Positions 34,491-47,946 are shown, counted from the stretch's first letter. The stretch: 64,000 nucleotides of DNA from Octopus bimaculoides (GCF_001194135.2 NC_068983.1:3638333-3702332); one strand, 5' to 3'. Notes: a model not told the origin generated them from the sequence alone. Numbers and translations are program-made.

Positions 34491-36247
34491 ACAAAATTTA
34501 CAGAGGGTCCCGAGGGGTAAGACCAGATCTGAAATTACACAGTTGCAACACAGACTTCTTAACCACACAGCCAAGCTTTAAGAAAAGGAGAAAACTCAGA
34601 TGATTTTGTATCAAAGGACTCAAAGAGTATCAGAAAGTCAGGCTTGGTGTGGGGGCATGTGCCTTTGCAAAGCGTTGCTGCATTCACCATTTGTTGGTAT
34701 GTTCCCAGGTCCTCCAGGGTGACTCATCAAGCAGTCCCAGTCAGCCTCCTATCTCCACGAGATGCCTTCTCTTCTGCCATGACTGTGGCATGTGGTTGAC
34801 CAACACAAACTGTCAACCCAATTGGATCCTCAGAGAAGAGAGAACATGGTAAGCAGGACCTAACTTGGAAAGTCGAGCAACATGGCCAAACAGTTTGAAC
34901 TGGTGCTTCCAAATCATACAAGTAGCAGAATACATCACAGTTTCTGAGTAGAGTCATTGGTTGTCTGCAAAATTTGGCCAGTGGTACCCCATTAGGTGAA
35001 CTCTTATACTGAGTGTCTGCCAGGGTACCTGGTTGTAGAAAATCTACACCAACCCCAGGCTTGGAAAAGTGGGGATTAAATGATGATTGTGTGTGAGTGT
35101 ATATTAAGTGTAAGTATGGGTGTATGGTTAAGTTTCTTTCAAAGCCACATGGTTTTCAGTTCAATCTCACTGCCGTGGCACCTTAGGCAAGGGTCTTCTA
35201 CTATATTCTTGTGCCAACCAAAGGCCTGTGTGTAGATTCAGCAAATGGGGATTGATAGAAGGTTGCTCTATACATGTTTATACATATATATATATATATA
35301 TCATCCTCATTTAACATTCATCTTCCATGCATGCATGGACAGGATGGTCAACAGGAGCCGGCCAGGTAGAAGACCGCCCCAGGCTACTGTGTATTTTGGT
35401 AAGTTTTTTACGGCTGGATGCCTTTCCTAACACCGACCACTCTGCAAAGTGGACTTAGTGCTTTTTACCTGGCACAAGCAAGGGCGAGGTCAATTTTAGC
35501 GTGATTTTTACAGCTGGAAGCCCTTCCAAATGCCAACCACTTTACAATGTGGACTGGATGCTTTTTATGTGGCACCACCACTGGCAGGGTAACCAAGTAA
35601 CTTGCAAGACAAGGAATTATGTGAATTATCCATCACCGTTGCTAATTTGGTCACCTAGGTAACAGATATAAAGATGTTGAACCTCTAAGAGGACATGACA
35701 AGAGGTCAAGACAAATTTTATGCTGTACTTGAGAAGATCCATCCATCTCACAGAATTGAGGCTCTGTCAAGCAATCCCCCACAACCCATCTTCTATTTCC
35801 TCCACTACCCCCAACACAGAACTGGTATCCTCTGTGTCCGTCCTGGCACTTTGCCACCATCTCTCTTCTGTTCTCTTTCTCTCTCCTAGTCTCTCTTTTC
35901 ATCTTGCTCCACCTCTGATTGGTTGACCATGTATCTCCTCCTCCTCCACAGCGACACACCCATTACTGGCCTGGACCTTGATCACCCTTTCTCTCTCTCT
36001 CTCTCTCTCTCTGACAGAGTAAATATGTATTAAAGGAATCATAACTGGCTATGAAGGTCACAGAGAGTCCTAATTTGGTGGCATGTAAAAAGCACCATCT
36101 GAACATGGCCGATGCCAGTACCCCCTGATTGGCCCCCCTATAATTTGAACTCTGAATGTAGCGGCAGACGGAATGCCGCTAAGCATTTTGCCCAGCACGC
36201 TAACAATTCTGCCTTTTGGAATATAATGAATAATAAATGGCAAATAT

Positions 36248-36626
36248 TCTTTTACTTGTTTCAGTCAGCTGACTGTGGCCATGCTGGGGCACCGCCTTTA
36301 GTCGAACAAATCAATCCCAGGGCTTATTCTCTGTAAGCCTAGTACTTATTTTGTTGGACTCTCTTGTCGAACAGCTAGCTTATGAGAACGTAAACACACC
36401 AACAGCGGTTGTCAAGTGATGGTGGATGGGGACAAACAGACACACACAAATATATATATATATGACAGGCTTCTTCCAGTTTCCGTCTACCAAATCCACT
36501 CGCAAGACTTTGGTTGGCCCGAGGTTATAGTAGAAGACACTTGCTCAAGGTGCCACGCAGTAGGACCGAACCCAGAACCATGTGGTTGGGAAGCAAGCTT
36601 CTTACAACACCACCACACCTGTGCCT
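36248..36626 (-). mobile_element. SINE family A
   Basis: Similarity to 9714-10088. Confidence 0.85.
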
Positions 36627-37535
36627 ATAGATATATATCTATATGTGTGTGTGTGTGTGTGTTACTAGACTACTCGTGACTCGTTGGGTCACCGGGAAAC
36701 TCTGAGTTTCCCAACAACAGTTTTGCTTCGTGGGTTGGGAAGATTTGGCTGCTATTTCTTGCACGTCCTGCTACCACGTAACAGGTATTTCGGGTCCTTT
36801 ATCGCAAATAGCTGTTACGTGGTAGCAAGGCATGCTAGAAATAGCAGTCAAATCTTTGGAGGAGAGATACGTTGAATGCACTCGAAAAAAAAAAAACTGT
36901 TTCACATTGAGGTTACGAATGGGTCTTTTATGAAATACTTACCGTATTTTTAAAGTCATTTTCACTTTAGAATATTTTTTAAATATGCCAAAATAAATTT
37001 TTGTAATGGTATTTCACTTGAAAATAATTTTATAAAACATTAAAATATTGTCTGTTTAAAGAAAACTAAAATATACATACTTACTGTGCAAAAAGCTTAC
37101 ATTTTTGAAATCATATTCACTTACAAATATTTCTAAATGATTAAAATAGTGTTTAACAAACGCGACAACAGAAATTGTAAAAGAAAAAAAAAAACCTTTT
37201 TATTTTTCGTTGTCAAATAGAAAGGTAAGAGTTTCTTCCCTTCCCAGATGAAGATTATTTTCGGAACATTTCCCCATTACGCACCGTTTTGGTTATTTAG
37301 ACCCTGAAAATGTCTAATATCTTTAAACCTGCTTTACCGATTTACGCGGAAATGGTTTCATTCGATCCGTATTAACATTTCAGCTTATACTTAATTCATG
37401 GTATTTTCCCATTATGCGCCAGTTTCGCTGTTTAACATTACAAAAGCAAGCAACATTAGCTGCAAAAAGACACACTGTTAAACTCATTTAGTAGTAGCAG
37501 TAATTGTTATTGTTGTAATAGTCATGGTGATGGCT

Positions 37536-37566
<31 letters not shown>

Positions 37567-38234
37567 CAGCAGTAGTGGTAGTATTAAAATAGTACTTTTA
37601 TGTACTAACAATATCAATAATTATAATGATATTGACAAATATAGAGATAGCAAAGACACTATTAATAACATTAATAAAATATTAACGATATTAATGACAA
37701 AGAACGAAGAGAAAAAGGAAAGGGGGGAAGGAATTAGGTGGCAGTGGTGGGGTTGCAGAAATAAAAATAGTGAAAAATTAAAGGTAAAAAATAAACAGGT
37801 TATCTCATCCCAATTAAAAAATTGGTTTATCTGCCCCCACCGCCGCCGTTTTACGAAAGATAGCGGTACTTTTGGTTATCTCCCTCAACTCAGAAAATTG
37901 CTTAACCTTCAATAAAAAAAAAAAAATTTTTTAATTAAACATGGAAACTGAAAAACTAAACATTTTTATAACAGATCATACCATTCCTGAAAAAATTACA
38001 CATCTTAATGAATCTGAATATTTTTATAACAAACCATACCATTCCTATTTAGGGGGCCAAAAGTCAACAATGTGTTGAAGTATTGCATCAAAAGGATCTT
38101 CTAACTCTTTTAATCCAGTCTCTTGTCGCCACATAAACTCGACTTTTTAGCAGAGATAACCCAATTTTTTGATGGGGGTGAGATAACTAAAAAGTACCAA
38201 TAAATATATTAATTAATAAGAAAAGATCAATAAA

Positions 38235-38308
38235 GTATGCTACATGGCAGTGAAACATGGGTTATGACTGTGGAGGACGTGTGAAGGCTTGAAAGAAATG
38301 AAGGCAGG
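38235..38308 (+). mobile_element. Short RTE ORF2 fragment
   Basis: MLHGSETWVMTVEDV*RLERNE matches MLHGSETWAVTAEH of the copy at 62408. Confidence 0.7.
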
Positions 38309-40764
38309 ATACAGGGGAAAATGAAAATTCTGCCACAGAACCACTGATAGAATAAACGCAGAGAGTAAGATAGACAATCCAAACACTAGTTACAGAATAC
38401 TTGATAAGTGGAAAGAAACACCAGAAAATACCAAGGGAGGATGGAGAGGAAAACTCAAAAGAGAAAAGTTTGAAAACGTAGAACAGAAGGGCAGAGCACC
38501 TCACGGGGGATTTGTACCCCATAAAGAATTAAATAACCAGAATAGCAACGGAAGCATTAACACATAAAGCATGGCGGGCCATGATCGTGGGCCAGGTAGA
38601 TGCATTTAATTTATGTGCGTTTGTTGGGGTCTAATGTCATTCAAACGCTCGAATACCCCCCAGAATGCAAGAAGACTAATAGTTCAACTAATGACTTTTC
38701 AGATGATGTAAACTTGTCACCATTATATACTAACCCTAACTATTTTTTTGTTTGTTTTTATGTGTGCATAAGACCACGCTCCCCCTACAACTATGGCTGG
38801 GGTGAACTCCAGGTCAAGTTCCTATCAATAACAACACCCCTACCTTCTACTGAACACTAAACACTTTCTTCATTCACTTTAATCCAAAGAGGACCTAAGG
38901 TACGAACCCTGGTGAAACTGCAATGACATTATTGCAAGGTTGCATCTGCAACCGTGTGCAGTCGCTGCAGTGGAAACATATGTAAGGCATGGTAATATGT
39001 TGTAAATAATTAAAATGAATTATCAATGTGCAAATCTCCATTCTCCTTATAATAATTAGCTAGCTTAAAAGCTGCACGCTGTGCAGACTTTTAGGCTGGT
39101 TCTTGCAGAGGGCTTCTTGGGCCTGTGGCCCAAAACTAAAGGGAGCTAAAGAGCATGACTATAATACATCTAAATGACTATATGCCCCAGTGGTGTTTGA
39201 TCAGAGGTTAAGGATGGATGAGAATTCTGTAATGCAATCATTCTATTGTTCCAGTCCCAAATTGAATTCCAACTGTTGGCCAATTTGTCCCAAAGTTCTT
39301 ATCTCAATGTAAAATTCACGAAGCGAATATCATTTATCTTCCCCTTGATCTCTGATGTCATCTGACAAACGCCAACCAGGATGGCATGAATCAGCCAAGC
39401 TCCACCTGCTAGAAATAGCAACCCAAATGCTTTTAAATGAGATGCCAATACTGGATGTCCAAATGAAGAGCAGATTTTCAATCCCAGGATGGTCCTGATA
39501 CCAAATAGATATATGTCTGTGTAGAGCAAATATAGACTGAGATACAGGGGTCCCGGACGGACAGACAATTTCCCTTTTATGAATATAGATGCAATTTTAC
39601 AGAATCTATGCAGTCCTGTGTATCACACATGAAATTATCCAACAAGAAAATTTACCTATGTCTAATAACTTATTGTAGCCACTGGCATCGAATACAGACC
39701 GTTGTGTTAGCCAGCATCTGAAACTAAACTCAGAAGAAAGCTTTCATCTACTTGGACTCTATGTTGTACCACTGGACAGCTGTCTGTCTGCTAATATTGT
39801 TGATGGGCATGCAGCATGTTGCTAGCATTTCACATATAGAGTCCAGGATTATGTCAAAAAGTGTGAAGACCATCAATTGACTTTTTCCATAAATATATTT
39901 AAAAATTATTTGGAAATTATACAGAGAAACAAATGGTAGATTTGGACTGTCCCAAAAAAAATTCTGTATAGAGGATTTAAAAAAAAAAAAATTTTTTTGC
40001 ATAATCATATCAATTCCATTATGCAGAAGACTGAATGAAAAAAATTTTTGTAAAAATTCATAAAAATAAAAAATATTATGAGGGGTTTTATTACATGCTC
40101 ACATCATAATTCTGCCAATTGGGCATTCCACCAATTGTTTTTATTAAAGCTATGTTTAGTTGTGTGTCATTTATTTCAGTTAAAATAGCTTATTAATTCA
40201 TCATTGTTTTTTAATATTAAATGCACATTCTGTTAATAACTGCTTTGGAGTATTTCATTTTCTAGATTACTGGATCATTAGTAATATATTTATGTTTTTC
40301 ATCCACAAAATCCTGGGTTGCTATTTTTCACAAGGGTTTTTGTGGTTTCTTTACATTATATGTGTGTATCTATAGCAATTGCAGCTTCGAAGATATTTGT
40401 TAGCCATTCAAAGAAAACAAAAAAAACCCATTAGATTCATTTCAACATTTAATTTTCAAAAACAATTGCAGAGTGGAAGATGTTTGTAAGCCATTCAATT
40501 ACACACAAAAAGCCATTAGATTCACTTCAACATTTAAATTTAATTTGTGTCAAAATATTTTCATCACTCTGAAACCGCGACCTGTTTGCTGACAAAACTT
40601 CATGCTGCATAGATCGCCTTCCACACTGCAATTGTTTTTGTTTCAGCACATGATCTCAGATCAAGTCACTTGCTATGCAAGTACATCTCCCTAATTTAAT
40701 TTTCATTTGTGTCAGAATTTTCGTTGCTTGACCGGTATCACAGACAAACTTTATCCAGGACAGA

Positions 40765-41195
40765 CACTAGCTGACAGACGAAATGCCGCTAAGCATTGCA
40801 CCCGGTGTGCTAATGTTTCTTATTTCTTTATTGCCCACAGGGGACTAAACATAGAGGGGACAAACAAGGACAGATAAAAGGATTAAATCGATTACATCGA
40901 CCCCGGTGCATAACTGGTACTTATTTTAATTGATCCCGAAAGGAGGAAAGGCAAAGTTGACCTTGGCGGAATTTGAAATCAGAACATAGCGACAAACGAA
41001 ATACTTCTAAGCATTTTTACTTGACGTGCTAACGATTCTTTTCTACTCTAGGCACAAGGCCCAAAATTTGGTGGGGAGAGGGCCAGTTGATTAGATTGAC
41101 GCCAGTACGCAATTGGTACTTAATTTATTGACCCCAAAAGGATGGAAGGCAAAGTCGACCTCGGTGGAATTTGAACTCAGAACATAGTGGCAGAG
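40765..41195 (-). mobile_element. Cluster of nested SINE family B copies (tail A and tail B)
   Basis: Head fragment, full tail-A copy and a tail-B copy in the same orientation. Confidence 0.8.
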
Positions 41196-41213
41196 AGAGA
41201 GAGAGAGAGAGAG

Positions 41214-41590
41214 ACAGGAGTGGTTGTGTGGTAAGTAGCTTGCTTACCAACCACATGGTTCCGGGTTCAGTTCCACTGCATGGCACCTTCGGCAAGAGTC
41301 GTCTACTCTAGCCTCACACTGACCGCAGCCTTGTGAGTGGATTTGGTAGACAGAAACTGAAGGAAGCCCGACGTATATGTGTATATGTATGTGTGTCTGT
41401 GTTTGTCTCCACCAACATCGCTTGACAACCGATGCTGGTGTGTTTACGTCCCGGTAACTTAGCGGTTCAACAAAAGAGAGAGATAGTCTAAGTACTAGGC
41501 TTACAAAGAATAAGTTCTGGGGTCGATTTGCTTGACTAAAGGAGGTGCTCCAGCATGGCCGCAGTCAAATGACTGAAACAAATAAAAGAA
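41214..41590 (+). mobile_element. SINE family A, full length
   Basis: Head caggagtggttgtgtggtaagtagcttgc...ggttccgggttcagttcc; tail gactgaaacaaataaaaga. Confidence 0.85.
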
Positions 41591-42021
41591 TATATATATA
41601 TATATACATACACACACATATAACAGGTTTACCATCTGTGATGCCTTCACTTGAAATTACTGGAGGAAAAGCAGTGACGTTAATTCTCTAAAATTCACAA
41701 ATCCTGGAATTTATTGGTGGGGAATNNNNNNNNNNNNNNNNNNNNNNNNNNNNNNNNNNNNNNNNNNNNNNNNNNNNNNNNNNNNNNNNNNNNNNNNNNN
41801 NNNNNNNNNNNNNNNNNNNNNNNNNNNNNNNNNNNNNNNNNNNNNNNNNNNNNNNNNNNNNNNNNNNNNNNNNNNNNNNNNNNNNNNNNNNNNNNNNNNN
41901 NNNNNNNNNNNNNNNNNNNNNNNNNNNNNNNNNNNNNNNNNNNNNNNNNNNNNNNNNNNNNNNNNNNNNNNNNNNNNNNNNNNNNNNNNNNNNNNNNNNN
42001 NNNNNNNNNNNNNNNNGTGGC

Positions 42022-42410
42022 AAGTCTAATAATCCTTTCTACTAAAGGCACAAGGCCTGAAATTCTTTTGGGGGTAGGGGTTAGTCGATTACATCGCTTC
42101 CAGTGTTTCACTGGTACTTAATTTGTCGACCCCGAAAGGATGAAAAGCAAAGTCGACCTCAGTAGAATTTGAACTCAGAACGTAGAGACAGGCGAAATAC
42201 TTATTTCTTTATTGCCCACAAGGGGCTAGACATAGAGGGGACAAACAAGGACAGACAAAGGGATTAAGTCGATTACATCTACCCCAGTGCGTAACTGGTA
42301 CTTAATTTATCGACCCCGAAAGAATGAAAGGCAAAGTCGACCTCAGTAGGATTTGAACTCAGAACGTAGCGACAGGCAAAATACCGTTAAGCATTTCGCC
42401 CGGCGTGCAA
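42022..42410 (-). mobile_element. Nested SINE family B pair (tail-A copy inserted in or next to the head of a tail-B copy)
   Basis: Two cores in tandem with a junction at about 42200 (gaaatac|ttatttc). Confidence 0.8.
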
Positions 42411-43246
42411 GTCAAAAAATAACATTGTGATTGATATTGCTTTTCTTAACAGTTATTGATAATTTGTATAAATAATTCGTAACAAAATACAAATTTACAA
42501 TAGCATAAGAAAAACGTTGGCATCGATGCTGCAACATAACTTTGAAGTGGAATCCGGTTTTTACGAGAAAAACAAAATTGTGTTTCACTGCCGTAATATT
42601 AAAAATATATTTCTATATATGTAAAAATTGGCTTTCAGAACATCTCTGATGAATTTCTTTAACCAACAGAAGTGTAATGTCTAATAATTTAAAAGACTTG
42701 AGGAAGGAGCCAGGATATTTGAAGTTGAAATATAGTTTTAAACAAAACATTTTAGTGTTGCGTGTTCCACTAAAAAAGTATATGATTTCGTTATAAAACA
42801 ACCAAATTATAACTATTTACATTAATATAATTAATAAAATATCAGAAATAACAGCAGAATTTTTTTTTAAATGTAATTAAACCTAATTTTTGTAATTAAA
42901 TTATGTAAACACAAACACCTTACCTTAGCACAATGTTAGTGTAGACACGTTTATGCTTGAATTTACAATAACTTTCAAATATATATTGTAAATAAGAATT
43001 TTTAGTGATTTATTTTTTTTTTCGCGATGCTAAATGTCTAACTTGAAAAAAAAATTAGAACATTCAGCAATTAAAAAGACATCCAGTAACTTTAAAAAAA
43101 CTTTTAAAGAATGTAGGTTTCGTTTCGCTTGTTTTGGTTTCGCTATAATTACTGGAGACAAGTGTCCTTTCAAGTACGTTACCGAGAAATTTAATTGTGG
43201 AATAAATTATCATACATTAACAGTGTTGGACAAAAGTTATCATACA

Positions 43247-43275
43247 CTAGCAGTATAGCCAGGCTTTTCCCGGGA
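43247..43275 (-). mobile_element. Helitron 3' end (hairpin plus CTAG^T)
   Basis: Reverse complement cccgggaaaagcctggctatactgCTAGt, same architecture as 48009-48038 and 51370-51398. Confidence 0.55.
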
Positions 43276-45526
43276 TTAAGTTAGGATTATTAAGCTAATC
43301 AAGTTCTTTATTTCAAACCAAACTAAGTAACATCGATGTTAAATTTGGGCAGAACCAGTGTCGCGACGGGAGCGCATGGGTTGGGAGTTTGATCGGCAGA
43401 GGTGATCAGGTTACACATGCCAGCCCTTTGAAAACACCACCCTCATCATCTAACCCCTCTCTGCCCATGGGTTGGGAACCCTTCCAGCAAGGAAAATAGA
43501 ATGCCCAAAAGGACTCCCGATTCTCTTCACAACTAAGTCTTAAGTATATGTGTATGTGTGTATATATATATATATATGCTTAAATCTCTCTGAGAGATTT
43601 AGAAATATTATATTTCTAATTTTGGATCAGTGAATGAACTTCACTATGATTATATAAGTTTGCGAGGGCTAAACAGGCCCCTTTAACCAGCTGGCAAGCT
43701 ACTTCAGGCTGAAACATGTCCCTGAATGCTGGCTAGGCTGGGTGGAGGAGCTTGTCTACCCCTCGCAAACTTAAGGACACAGTAATTGTGTCAAGGCCGA
43801 CAGGAAGCGGTCCAGCTTCCTAGGGCTAAACGGCAGTAGTGTGTTCCCTTCTTGGGATTGTCACATTAAGTTGACAATACACTACAACTTTATATATATA
43901 TGGACAACACACACATACACACGTGTACGTACGTACACCAATTGTATACATATTTTTTGTACGCATACATGTTCGTGTGTGTGTGTTGCCCGTATATCAA
44001 CAAAACACTTTTTTCCTCGATAGAAAAAAACAACAAAAGTCTTAACAAAAACTTACTCACCCCTAGAAGAGGACTTTGGATTTCTCCGACTTAAAAATTG
44101 TTAAAAGTTTTGGTTGAAAATTTATTTTTACTGCTGCTATTCGCAGGTGCCTCTGGGAAAAATAAGTTGACGAAAATACAGCTATAGTGGTCATGGCGAA
44201 TGTCCTAAAATTGGGCCACATGCGTGCTAATTTGTGGACGTGCATTAATTACATTCACACACACACATCCTGCCTTTGATATAGACAGATTAACAGTGTT
44301 GGAGAAAAATTATCATAAATTAACAGTGACGAATGAAAGAGTTTTGGTAAATTTTGCTAAGTGCACACACTTAAATTTACCATTATTATCATACATTAAT
44401 AGTGGGTTAAATATTGCCTTTACAATAGTTAAGTAATCTCCACGTCGTAAGTTCAAATCTCGCTGGCATCGACATTTTTATTCTTTAAGTGAAATGCTGC
44501 ACAAATGTGCCTTGTCACAGATATTTGTTTCTTCATAACTTACAGAAACATGGACATCTTTTAATGATATTTTAAAATTTTTTTACAGATATGCTTCAGA
44601 TACTACAGATTCTGAATATATCGGAATTTGTTATAAAAACAATTTTTTCCCGAGGCTGGGAAGAGGAGCTTCGGGACATTCAGACGAGTTGGTTCTCTTT
44701 CCTAATAACTTTCAGCAAAGAAATCGATATTTTTTTAATGAAATTTTCTATAAATATCTTTCAGATAGATTACGATTATATCGGAATTTAATGTTAAAAA
44801 GAAACAAACAAAAAAAAAACAACCCCAAAATTGGTGGGTTTGCACACATCACAAAGTTTTAAGAAATTTCAAGTTGCATTTTGTGATGTGTCTGTATATG
44901 TGCGAACCCACGAATATCTTTTTTTTTTTTTTTCGCTTTTCATATCAAATCTCGATATAATCGTAATATACATCATCTGAAATTATAGAAAATTTCATTA
45001 AAAAATATATCCATTTTTCGGCAAGTTATGAGGAAACAAAGCCAACCGTTATGAATTTTCAGAAACTCTTCTTCTCACCATCGGAAAACCAAATCCCGAT
45101 GTAATCGCAATCTACACATTCTGAAGTTTATTTGTAGAAAATTTCATTAAAGAATATCCATTTTTCTGAATGTTATGAGGAAACAAATTCGAGGGAGACG
45201 GGTACCTTTGTGTAGGTAAGCCGGTATAGCGATTACAGATCTCCCCTCTCCCCAGTAACTTGAAATTGCTTTCAGATTACTCCCGGTGGTAATTTGAAAT
45301 CGATTTCAAGTTACCATCACCTAAAATACTTCCCCAAAATGTTCGTCTCTGTGGTAGTAAATAGGAGAATCATTTCTCAATTGTGTTCTCTGTTTTGTGC
45401 AATTTTCTAATTTGAGTTTGTAAAACTATTGACTATTATCGAAATAAGAGACTTCTTTAGTGGATCCGCCTAAAATTACGGAACATCACACTAGAAGTTT
45501 TACTGGAGAATCATTATTATGTTTAC

Positions 45527-46126
45527 TGTGAAGATGCCCGTGTCTACAAGACAGAAAAGTACGCCGACTTGGCTAGAGACCTGTGGGACGCTGGATTCAA
45601 AACCAAAGTCTCCGCAGTCGAGGTTGGCGTCAGGGGATTTGTTGGCTCATCTGCCTACAGCCTCATGAAACAGCTGTCCATCTATGGAAGAAGCAGGGCG
45701 AGAACCTTGAGTGCCGGAGAAGGCCTAAAGTTGGATCTGGTCTAGGAGGAACAAAGGCTAACTTCATAAGGCTTAATTTGCCCCAATTCAAGCGAGTGCC
45801 AGATTCGCGTAATCCCGTTGGCACCGTGAGAAAAGGGAACCCTCAAACCTGGGTCGTCCGAGCGCTGGCTAGTGTAACCAGCTGGAATTGGGTACTTAGC
45901 CCTTCCCAGGGTTGCAGCAGTGTTAGTAACTAATCCCACCTAAGGCGTACTAAAACGGACAGTAGGTAGACATCCGGGAGTCATGACTCGGATGTGTCCC
46001 CCTCCCCCACAAGAGTGTCAGAAGTTAAGGGCCGAAACATTTGCCTAAAGGCGTGGAGTGTCTCCTCTGAGGACCACCTGCTGTTACGCTCTTCCCGAGT
46101 TTCTTTCTACTTATCATCATCATCAT
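45527..46126 (+). mobile_element. 3' end of an RLE-endonuclease non-LTR retrotransposon (HERO-like), 5'-truncated, with (CAT)n tail
   Basis: CEDARVYKTEKYADLARDLWDAGFKTKVSAVEVGVRGFVGSSAYSLMKQLSIYG...(frameshift)AEKA*SWIWSRRN matches the E.A...K..KY.DL...G.....VEVG.RGF...AE..S.W.W.RR RLE C-terminus. Confidence 0.75.
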
Positions 46127-46561
46127 TTTTCTTCTGTAACTTAGAAATATAATTACTAAAAAATTAATAATACAGGTTTGCATCAAGAGAGACAATGGGT
46201 AAACCCATTAAATGTGTTTATGTTCATTATGTGTGTGTGTGTGCGCGTAATGTGTACATGAAAGAGAAAATCAGAGGTTTTCACTGAGTTTTCAATTAGT
46301 TATTTAAGCTGAAGAAGTTTGAAAGAAGCATATCCAGAATGGCTACTTTTAGTATATTAGAATAGCTCAGTCCGTTCAAAAGGTACGATAGAAAACACGG
46401 GGCGAAAGTAAAGAATACGTACACTCGGTGGTTAGGGTTTTTACACACAAAACGGGTGGTGTACGTATTCTTTACCTCCGCCAAACACGGCACTCTTTCG
46501 ATATTTTATCCGTCATTCCTTACATCGAAAGAATGCCGAAAACACGAACAGCAGTTCAGTA

Positions 46562-46830
46562 TCTATATATATAAAAATGAGAATGTGTGTCTGTCTGTCT
46601 GTCTGTATGAATCCCTAAAACTCGAGAACTACGCAACCAATTTCATTCAAATTTTACACATGCCTTACTTAGGGTTCCAGTTGTGTTTTAGTCAAAAAAT
46701 TTTTTTAACTTCTTGCAGAGTTCGAGCCTACGGCAACATAATATCTCCTCCACTATTTAAGTATTACGTGTTAAAAGTGAAACAAAAACACTCATGTCAA
46801 ATACTTTCACTTTAAAAATGAAACTATTCC
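46562..46830 (+). mobile_element. Helitron-type 5' end (A^TCTATATATATAAAA...); 3' end not seen (gap follows)
   Basis: 5' TC after A, followed by a (gtct)n block. Confidence 0.45.
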
Positions 46831-46891
46831 ACTAACTGAAACAATCACATTTCGATACTGTAGTGACAGATACTTTCACAGAGAGAGAAAG

Positions 46892-46922
<31 letters not shown>

Positions 46923-47946
46923 TAGATGNNNNNNNNNNNNNNNNNNNNNNNNNNNNNNNNNNNNNNNNNNNNNNNNNNNNNNNNNNNNNNNNNNNNNNNN
47001 NNNNNNNNNNNNNNNNNNNNNNNNNNNNNNNNNNNNNNNNNNNNNNNNNNNNNNNNNNNNNNNNNNNNNNNNNNNNNNNNNNNNNNNNNNNNNNNNNNNN
47101 NNNNNNNNNNNNNNNNNNNNNNNNNNNNNNNNNNNNNNNNNNNNNNNNNNNNNNNNNNNNNNNNNNNNNNNNNNNNNNNNNNNNNNNNNNNNNNNNNNNN
47201 NNNNNNNNNNNNNNNNNNNNNNNNNNNNNNNNNNNNNNNNNNNNNNNNNNNNNNNNNNNNNNNNNNNNNNNNNNNNNNNNNNNNNNNNNNNNNNNNNNNN
47301 NNNNNNNNNNNNNNNNNNNNNNNNNNNNNNNNNNNNNNNNNNNNNNNNNNNNNNNNNNNNNNNNNNNNNNNNNNNNNNNNNNNNNNNNNNNNNNNNNNNN
47401 NNNNNNNNNNNNNNNNNNNNNNNNNNNNNNNNNNNNNNNNNNNNNNNNNNNNNNNNNNNNNNNNNNNNNNNNNNNNNNNNNNNNNNNNNNNNNNNNNNNN
47501 NNNNNNNNNNNNNNNNNNNNNNNNNNNNNNNNNNNNNNNNNNNNNNNNNNNNNNNNNNNNNNNNNNNNNNNNNNNNNNNNNNNNNNNNNNNNNNNNNNNN
47601 NNNNNNNNNNNNNNNNNNNNNNNNNNNNNNNNNNNNNNNNNNNNNNNNNNNNNNNNNNNNNNNNNNNNNNNNNNNNNNNNNNNNNNNNNNNNNNNNNNNN
47701 NNNNNNNNNNNNNNNNNNNNNNNNNNNNNNNNNNNNNNNNNNNNNNNNNNNNNNNNNNNNNNNNNNNNNNNNNNNNNNNGCTCCACAAGGGAAAACAAGG
47801 AACATAGTTTACAACGAGGTGTTATAATCACAACAGCAAGAAAGTATGTACATGATCACCTTCTTTTACGAAACTTCATTGACTTTCATATATTTATATT
47901 GATATACATATATATACGTGTGTTTGGGTGCGTGTGTGTATATACA

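Noticed and set aside
39299-39568. 89-aa minus-strand ORF (FGHPVLASHLK...GGAWLIH)
   Set aside because: Could be a decayed LINE fragment, but no motif could be assigned; no splice context
44051-44152. Minus-strand exon (acceptor ttttcccAG, donor GTGAGT) as a coding exon
   Set aside because: Stops in all three frames; at most a non-coding exon with no supporting evidence
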